This document shows positions 57,656 to 64,000 of a stretch of DNA of 64,000 nucleotides, piece after piece (position 1 is the stretch's first letter; each line of letters opens with the position of its first letter). The DNA lies in the NCBI GenBank assembly GCA_965203905.1, contig CBDBDQ010000005.1, positions 1,600,001 through 1,664,000 on the forward strand, given 5' to 3'. Made by a program: the position numbers and the translations under genes. The notes beneath the pieces are model-generated. The model saw nothing but the letters and a program-made list of their open reading frames with translations. It was not told the DNA's origin and did not search any database. This DNA is from Spirochaetia bacterium. GTDB lineage: Bacteria; Spirochaetota; Spirochaetia; SZUA-6; Bin103.

Positions 57656-59005
57656 TTACGGCGGCTGCGGTGGGGCCGTGTGGCCCCAGACCCCCAGCCG
57701 GACCGAAAGCGCCAGCACCAGGAGGAACCCGAGGCCGCTCATAGCGGCCACCGCCAGCGCCGCGCCGAGCGCTTCGGCGAGGGCGCCCATGGCCAGGGCA
57801 CCGAACGGATGGGCACCGATCCCCAGGGCCACGGCGCCCATGGCCCGCCCGCGCAGCTCCGGTGCCGTGCGCTGCAGGATCACTCCGGTCTGCAGCACGG
57901 CGAAGGCGGAGAAGCCGAGGCCGCCCACCAGCAGGGCGGCAACCGACAGCAGGTAGCTGCGCGACAGGGCGAACACCATGATGCAGCACAGCAACAGCAG
58001 GGCGCCACCGCCGAACACCCGCCCGACGAGACGCGGCGGCACCGCACTCACGGCCACCGCGCTGAACAGGGCACCAAGTCCGGAAGCGCTGCCAAGCAGG
58101 CCGTAGGCGACCGGGCCGACCGCCAGCTCCTGGCGGGCGATCACCGGCAGCAGCAGCTGATACGGAAAGCAGCAGCCGTTCATCACCACGGTAATCAGCA
58201 GCACCGCCAGAACGGTGCGGTTGGCCGCCACCGTGCGCAACGCCGGCAGCAACGGCAGCCGCCGCGCCGGCATCCGCCCCGGCGCGTCGCGCGGGATGCT
58301 CAGCACCAGCGACAGGGAGCAGCCCACCAGCGCCAGCAGCAGCGCGTAGGAGCCGGTAAACCCCAGCAAGCCGATGCTGACCCCGGCCAGCGCCGGGCCG
58401 AGCAGAAAGCTGAGGGTAAGGGCGGTGGTGTCCAGGGAGGCGACCGTCGCCAGCGCCGAGCGCGGCACCAGGTGCGCCATCAGCGCGCGCCGCGCCGAGA
58501 AATCGGTGGTAAAGCCCAGGCCGCTCACGAACACCGCCAGGTACAGGTGCAGCGGCGCCACCACACCGGCGGTGATCACCACGCCGAGCGCGGCGATGGA
58601 GGTCAGGGCCATGCCGTGCGCCACGGCCACCATGCGGCGCTTGGAGGTGCGGTCCACCACCGCCCCCATGCCGAGGCCGAACAGCACCATCGGGGTCATG
58701 CGCAAAACCCCGATCAGCGCCACCCGCCCCGGCGACCCGGTAAGGTCGAACATCAGCCAGCCGAGCACCGCCAGCTCGCCGGTGCGGACGATATAGAACA
58801 GGCCGGCCGCCAGCAGCAGGCGGCGGTAGGTGCGGTCCCGCAGCAGCCCGGCCGCGCGACTCAGCGCACCGGGTGGTGGTACGCCGGTCAGGGGAGCGTC
58901 AGGGCGGCGCGAGGTGCGCCGCGGCCGGGTGCGGAACTCGATTGCGCGGCCACAAGCGCATTGTTCGCTTCCGGGCGATCTGGTCAATGGACCGCCGCGC
59001 GTCAT
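57656..59005 (-). CDS. MFS transporter
   Basis: About 12 TM helices, 'GAVVDRTSKR', 'PELRGRAMG'; true start probably near 58880. Confidence 0.85.
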   Translation of the reverse strand: MTRGGPLTRSPGSEQCACGRAIEFRTRPRRTSRRPDAPLTGVPPPGALSRAAGLLRDRTYRRLLLAAGLFYIVRTGELAVLGWLMFDLTGSPGRVALIGVLRMTPMVLFGLGMGAVVDRTSKRRMVAVAHGMALTSIAALGVVITAGVVAPLHLYLAVFVSGLGFTTDFSARRALMAHLVPRSALATVASLDTTALTLSFLLGPALAGVSIGLLGFTGSYALLLALVGCSLSLVLSIPRDAPGRMPARRLPLLPALRTVAANRTVLAVLLITVVMNGCCFPYQLLLPVIARQELAVGPVAYGLLGSASGLGALFSAVAVSAVPPRLVGRVFGGGALLLLCCIMVFALSRSYLLSVAALLVGGLGFSAFAVLQTGVILQRTAPELRGRAMGAVALGIGAHPFGALAMGALAEALGAALAVAAMSGLGFLLVLALSVRLGVWGHTAPPQPP

Positions 59006-59054
59006 TCAACACGGCGCGTATCCATCATATAGGCAAATATCATCTTAACAGACA

Positions 59055-59072
59055 AAAACAACGCGTTGTTTT
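59055..59072. promoter_or_regulatory. Perfect 18-bp palindrome, putative operator
   Basis: AAAACAACGCGTTGTTTT in an AT-rich stretch 13 nt upstream of the AAA gene. Confidence 0.6.
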
Positions 59073-59085
59073 ATGATGTTGCTCC

Positions 59086-60489
59086 ATGGATCGGGGTTTT
59101 TCCAGGTTTCTGAGCGAGTGGCTCGCGTCGCGGTCGCGGATGCCGCTGGTGATTCGTGGGGCCAGACAGGTGGGCAAGACCTGGCTGGTACGAGACCTTG
59201 CCGCGCGCGAGGGCCGCGTGCTGCTGGAAGTGAATCTGGAGCGCGATCCGAGTCTGGCCCGGCACTTCGCCCAACCCGATCCCCGGCACGTCTTCGACGA
59301 CCTCACGCTGGCGCTCAACCTGCCAGCGGCCCCGCGCGACGCGATCCTGTTCATAGACGAGATCCAGGCCGCGCCCGAGGTGCTGGCGCGGTTGCGCTGG
59401 TTCGCCGAGGAGTTGCCGCAACTGCCGGTGGTTGCGGCGGGCTCGCTCCTGGAGTTCGCGCTGCGCGATTTCGCGCACAGTGTGCCCGTGGGCCGCATTC
59501 AATATGCGCACGTGGAGCCGCTGACATTCGCGGAGTTTCTGGCCGCCCATGCGCAGACCGCATTGCAGGAACGGCTCGCACGATATCATCCCGGCGCGCC
59601 GCTGGCGGACGCGGTACACCGGCTGGCGACCTCATGGTACGAGCGTTTCGCCATGGTGGGAGGGATGCCCGCGGTCGTGGCGCGGGATGTCGAGGAGGCT
59701 GACGCCGGCCAATGCCGATCGCTCCAGCGCGACCTGATCCAGACCTTTCGTGACGACTTCGCCAAGTACTCCGGACGTCTCGACTACCGGTTGCTGGATC
59801 CGGTGCTGCTATTGGTCACGGCATCGATCGGCAACAAGTTGGTGTACAGCCGGATCGGCGGTGGCATCAGCGCCGAACGGGCGAAGCGGGCACTGGAACT
59901 GCTCGCCATGGCGAGACTCTGCCAGTTGATTCCACACAGCGCCGCCAATGGCATTCCGCTGGCGGCGGAAGCGAATGAGCGCATTCGCAAGGTGGCTTTG
60001 CTCGATGCCGGTCTGGCGCACGGGCTGTGGAACACGCCGGCCGCACACGGCTATCCGCCCTGGGACGAGTTGCCGCCACAGGTGCGCGGCAGCTTGACCG
60101 AACAGCTTGCCGCCCAGCAACTGCGTACCGCGACCGGGGCGCCCACCATGATGGGACAGGTGCACCACTGGCGCCGAGAGGGAGGGCGTAACGCGGAGAT
60201 CGATTACCTGGTGGAGGTCGAGAGCCGCATCGTGCCGGTCGAGGTCAAGAGCGGGGCGGCGGGAGCGATGAAGAGCCTGCACCAGTTCATGTACGAGAAA
60301 GGGCTGCCACTGGCCGTGCGACTGGACCGCAACCCCCCGTCCTTGCAGGCGGTCGACGTCAAGACGACGCAGGGGAAGCGGGTTCGCTACCAACTTCTCA
60401 ACCTGCCCCACTACCTCGTATGGCGGTTGCCTCGTTTGCTCGCAGAGTTGCACCGAGCGCCGGCCGCGGCAGGTACGCGACGTACATGA
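59086..60489 (+). CDS. AAA_14 ATPase with DUF4143 domain
   Basis: 'RGARQVGKT', 'FIDEIQ', 'GGMP', 'EIDY..PVEVKSG', 'KSLHQF'. Confidence 0.9.
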   Translation: MDRGFSRFLSEWLASRSRMPLVIRGARQVGKTWLVRDLAAREGRVLLEVNLERDPSLARHFAQPDPRHVFDDLTLALNLPAAPRDAILFIDEIQAAPEVLARLRWFAEELPQLPVVAAGSLLEFALRDFAHSVPVGRIQYAHVEPLTFAEFLAAHAQTALQERLARYHPGAPLADAVHRLATSWYERFAMVGGMPAVVARDVEEADAGQCRSLQRDLIQTFRDDFAKYSGRLDYRLLDPVLLLVTASIGNKLVYSRIGGGISAERAKRALELLAMARLCQLIPHSAANGIPLAAEANERIRKVALLDAGLAHGLWNTPAAHGYPPWDELPPQVRGSLTEQLAAQQLRTATGAPTMMGQVHHWRREGGRNAEIDYLVEVESRIVPVEVKSGAAGAMKSLHQFMYEKGLPLAVRLDRNPPSLQAVDVKTTQGKRVRYQLLNLPHYLVWRLPRLLAELHRAPAAAGTRRT

Positions 60490-60525
60490 CGGCCGGGACT
60501 TGACAGCTCGGCGGCCATCCTGACG

Positions 60526-61140
60526 ATGGCAGACGTGGCGATGAAGCGGAATTTCCCCGGCGGGACGGTGGCGATGCGGCTGGTGGGCGAGGCGTTCGTC
60601 GCCGCGAGCGCCATCGTGGTGGGTGACGTGACCTTGGGAGCGGACACCAGCGTGTGGCCGTTCACCTGCATCCGCGGCGACGTGGCCCCGGTTCGGGTGG
60701 GCGCGCGCTGCTCGATCCAGGACCAGGTGATGCTGCACACCCGTAGCGGGGAGGCACTGGAGATCGGCGACGATGTGGTGGTCGGCCACCAGGCGTGCGT
60801 GCACTGCCGCCGGGTCGGGGACGGCTGCCTGATCGGCATCGGCGCCACCGTGCTGGACGGCGCGGTGCTCGGGGAAGGCTGCCTGGTGGCGGCGGGGGCG
60901 GTGGTGCGGCCCGAGTCGCGGATAGCCGCGGGCTCCCTGGTGGCGGGAGTGCCGGCGCGCGAGGTGCGGCCGGTCAGCGCCGCGGAGCGCGACTACATCG
61001 CGCGCATCGTCGCCGCTTACTGCGAACTGGCGCGGCAGCACGCCTGCGGCCGCTTCGACGGCGCTCCGGTGGCGGACAACGCGAGGACGAGCGGCGACGC
61101 CAGCGGAACCGCAGGCAGCGGCACCGGCGCCAGCCGGTAA
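60526..61140 (+). CDS. Gamma carbonic anhydrase family protein
   Basis: Hexapeptide repeats, 'IRGD', 'IQD..MLH', 'VGHQACVH', 'GVPAR'. Confidence 0.88.
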   Translation: MADVAMKRNFPGGTVAMRLVGEAFVAASAIVVGDVTLGADTSVWPFTCIRGDVAPVRVGARCSIQDQVMLHTRSGEALEIGDDVVVGHQACVHCRRVGDGCLIGIGATVLDGAVLGEGCLVAAGAVVRPESRIAAGSLVAGVPAREVRPVSAAERDYIARIVAAYCELARQHACGRFDGAPVADNARTSGDASGTAGSGTGASR

Positions 61141-61144
61141 CCGG

Positions 61145-63064
61145 CTACAGCTCGAACGCCGCGAGCTGCTCCACGCTGCACTCGTCGAGGGCGGCCTCGA
61201 TGATGCTGCGGCCCAGCGGCTCCAGGTCGGATTCCTTCAGGTAGGGCCGCAGGGTGGTCGCGAAGAAGGCGCGCAGCTCGGCGTCGCCGGCGTCGTATCC
61301 CGCTTCGCCCACCTCGGTCTGCAACTCCACCTGCAGCAGCTCCGGCGGGATCAAGGCGCCCTCGATCTGCATCGAGCGCAGGGCGTAGCCCAGCAGGGGG
61401 CAGCGCGCCGGGGTGAGCTGGTCGGGACGGAAGCGCGCCCCGCTGCGCCGCGCCAGGTACTCGCGGGCGATCCACTGCGGCATGAAGCCGACCCGCCAGG
61501 CTCCGACGTGCTGGTTGGGACTTAGAGTGAAGCGCGTTGCCGGGGTGTTGCGGATCTGGCGCAGCAGCAGGTTGGCGTGCACCACGCGGCGGCCGGTGGC
61601 GAACGGCCAATAGGAACCGACGCCTTCGCTGGTCAGCCCGGCGTCGACCGTGATGCTGGGGTTGGAGTAGCCGCGCGGTGCCACCAGGCGCCACAGCCAG
61701 GCCAGTGCCGGCGGCAGCACGTGCAGCAGGCCGGGGATGCCGTAGCTGGGCTGGGCCGCGGTACAGGGCGGCGTGCGAATGCCGAAGCTGCGCACGTCCA
61801 CCGTCGCCGTGTCGTCCACGATCCCCGCCACCAGGCGCCGCGGCACGATGACGCGCGGGTTGGGGCATGGCACTCCCGGCTCGTCCTCCACGTGCTCCCA
61901 GATCAGGCAGGTGGCGCCGGGCGTCGCCACCATGTTCATGAACAGCAGCGGCTCCGGGGGATGGATCGAGAGCCGCTCGTAGGAGGGGTCGATGCCGTAG
62001 TGGTCGATGTGGTTGACGCGCAGGAACCACGCTTCCTCGGCGTCCACCACCGCCAGGTGCCCGCTTTCATTGCGCAGGTCGGGATGGCACAGCGCCATGT
62101 CGTCGGTCACCGGGCGCAGGGCGCAGGTCTGCCCCATGGCGATGTAGCGGCGCTCGCCGGTCACGGTGTTCTGGCCCAGCAGCAGGCGGCCGTCGGCTTC
62201 GCGGTGCACGTGCTCCAGCATCTCGCTCTTGCCGCCGCCGCTGGCGCCCTCGTGCATGATGGTGACGATGTTGTCGTAGGGGGTGACCACCTCGACGGTG
62301 GAGCCGTGGGCGGTGATCCAGCCTTCGCTCTCGCCGATGGTGAGCAGCACGCCGTACACCCCCTTCTTGGCGCTCGGACCCGGATACAGGTTGAGGGAGT
62401 GGATCTCGTGGCGGTCGGCCATGCGGTTGTGCACCACCACCTGGCGGCCGTCGCAGTGGGTGTGCCGGAACGGCGGCGCCAGGAAGATGATGGCGCGCGG
62501 GGTGAAGCCGTCTTCGATGTCGATGCCGGGCAGCATCCCCTGCAGGTCGGCAAGTGCCCCGGCGAAGAAGGCCGCGTTGCTGGGGGCGATGAGCAGGGAG
62601 TCGTAGCCGAACTCGCGGCCGCCGGACACGAACGGCAGGGCGATCAGCTCCTGCTCCCCGAGCCAGCGCAGGATCTCCGCGCGCAGCGGCGCGAATGGGG
62701 CATCGAAGCGGTCGACGAAGCGCGGCTTCTCCGACGGCCCCTCGTCGGCCACCACCATGCAGTCGGGATCGCGCCGCCGCATGTAGGCCTCGACGTAGTT
62801 CACCGCCACTCCGTTGCGGCAGCGGGTCACCACTGCCTCCACGATCCGGCCGCGGCCCGGTATGTCGTAGGCAACCTCGAACTGCATCTGCCCCTCGATC
62901 TCGCCGAGCGACAGCTTCAGGAGCTGACTGCGGCTGCGCGGCACCAGCACCTCGGGCGCTGCCTGCAGGGTCGCCACGATGTCGGGCGGCAGCCGCATGC
63001 GCCACCACGTCGCCAACTCCTCGGCGGCGACCGGCGGCCGCACCAGCGTTTCGGTAGAAGCCAT
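61145..63064 (-). CDS. DUF4914 family protein (PEPCK-like P-loop fold)
   Basis: 'YMRRRDPDCM', 'NLYPGPSAKKGVYG', 'HEGASGGGKSEM', 'VTDDMA', 'SEGVGSYWPFATG'. Confidence 0.8.
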   Translation of the reverse strand: MASTETLVRPPVAAEELATWWRMRLPPDIVATLQAAPEVLVPRSRSQLLKLSLGEIEGQMQFEVAYDIPGRGRIVEAVVTRCRNGVAVNYVEAYMRRRDPDCMVVADEGPSEKPRFVDRFDAPFAPLRAEILRWLGEQELIALPFVSGGREFGYDSLLIAPSNAAFFAGALADLQGMLPGIDIEDGFTPRAIIFLAPPFRHTHCDGRQVVVHNRMADRHEIHSLNLYPGPSAKKGVYGVLLTIGESEGWITAHGSTVEVVTPYDNIVTIMHEGASGGGKSEMLEHVHREADGRLLLGQNTVTGERRYIAMGQTCALRPVTDDMALCHPDLRNESGHLAVVDAEEAWFLRVNHIDHYGIDPSYERLSIHPPEPLLFMNMVATPGATCLIWEHVEDEPGVPCPNPRVIVPRRLVAGIVDDTATVDVRSFGIRTPPCTAAQPSYGIPGLLHVLPPALAWLWRLVAPRGYSNPSITVDAGLTSEGVGSYWPFATGRRVVHANLLLRQIRNTPATRFTLSPNQHVGAWRVGFMPQWIAREYLARRSGARFRPDQLTPARCPLLGYALRSMQIEGALIPPELLQVELQTEVGEAGYDAGDAELRAFFATTLRPYLKESDLEPLGRSIIEAALDECSVEQLAAFEL

Positions 63065-63290
63065 GGGTAGGCCGCCAATGTAGGCATAACCCGAGCTGCC
63101 GAGCAACGCGACACGGGCCGCGGGGCCGCGGCGACGCAAGACTGCGGTGGCGGTGCCTTGGCGCCGAAGTGGCACCCGGTACCGGCTGCATCCGGCGCCG
63201 GCGCGCCGAGGGGGCGACGAGTCGGCGCGCGGCGGTGCGGGAACCGCGAGTTGACGCGCAACGCGGTTTCCTGCTACGGATTAGCCTCTT

Positions 63291-64000
<710 letters not shown>

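Overview
64 kb of very GC-rich bacterial chromosome. The uppP-ftsK adjacency, the PspA-like/rsmG pair and the many PhyH dioxygenases, GH2 enzymes, Uma2 and AAA-DUF4143 genes suggest a high-GC spirochaete, possibly a host-associated one; this is inference only. Housekeeping genes (rsmG, uppP, ftsK, a CAT-anticodon tRNA, tyrS, M48 and HtrA proteases, a nitrite/sulfite reductase) alternate with sugar-acid, glycan and sulfate catabolic genes and with three accessory zones. (1) About 18-33.7 kb is a toxin-antitoxin hotspot with intact HigBA, RES-Xre and HEPN pairs, deleted PIN toxins, local duplications and a 23 x 9-bp repeat. (2) About 43.5-47.35 kb is a decayed AbiE-like type IV TA locus whose toxin gene appears split by a phage-like remnant. 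(3) About 52.9-56.1 kb is a clearly AT-richer island holding an intact, translationally coupled three-gene operon: a beta-class amino-DNA methyltransferase, a DGQHR (DndB-like) protein and a HEPN-like protein, with no restriction endonuclease and no dnd genes. This operon is the best candidate for an undescribed defence system. Also noted are a candidate structured RNA at about 10.75-10.87 kb, a recurring leaderless-type promoter layout, and two single-base frameshifts in C-runs that may be sequencing errors. All assignments come from reading motifs by eye; no searches were run.
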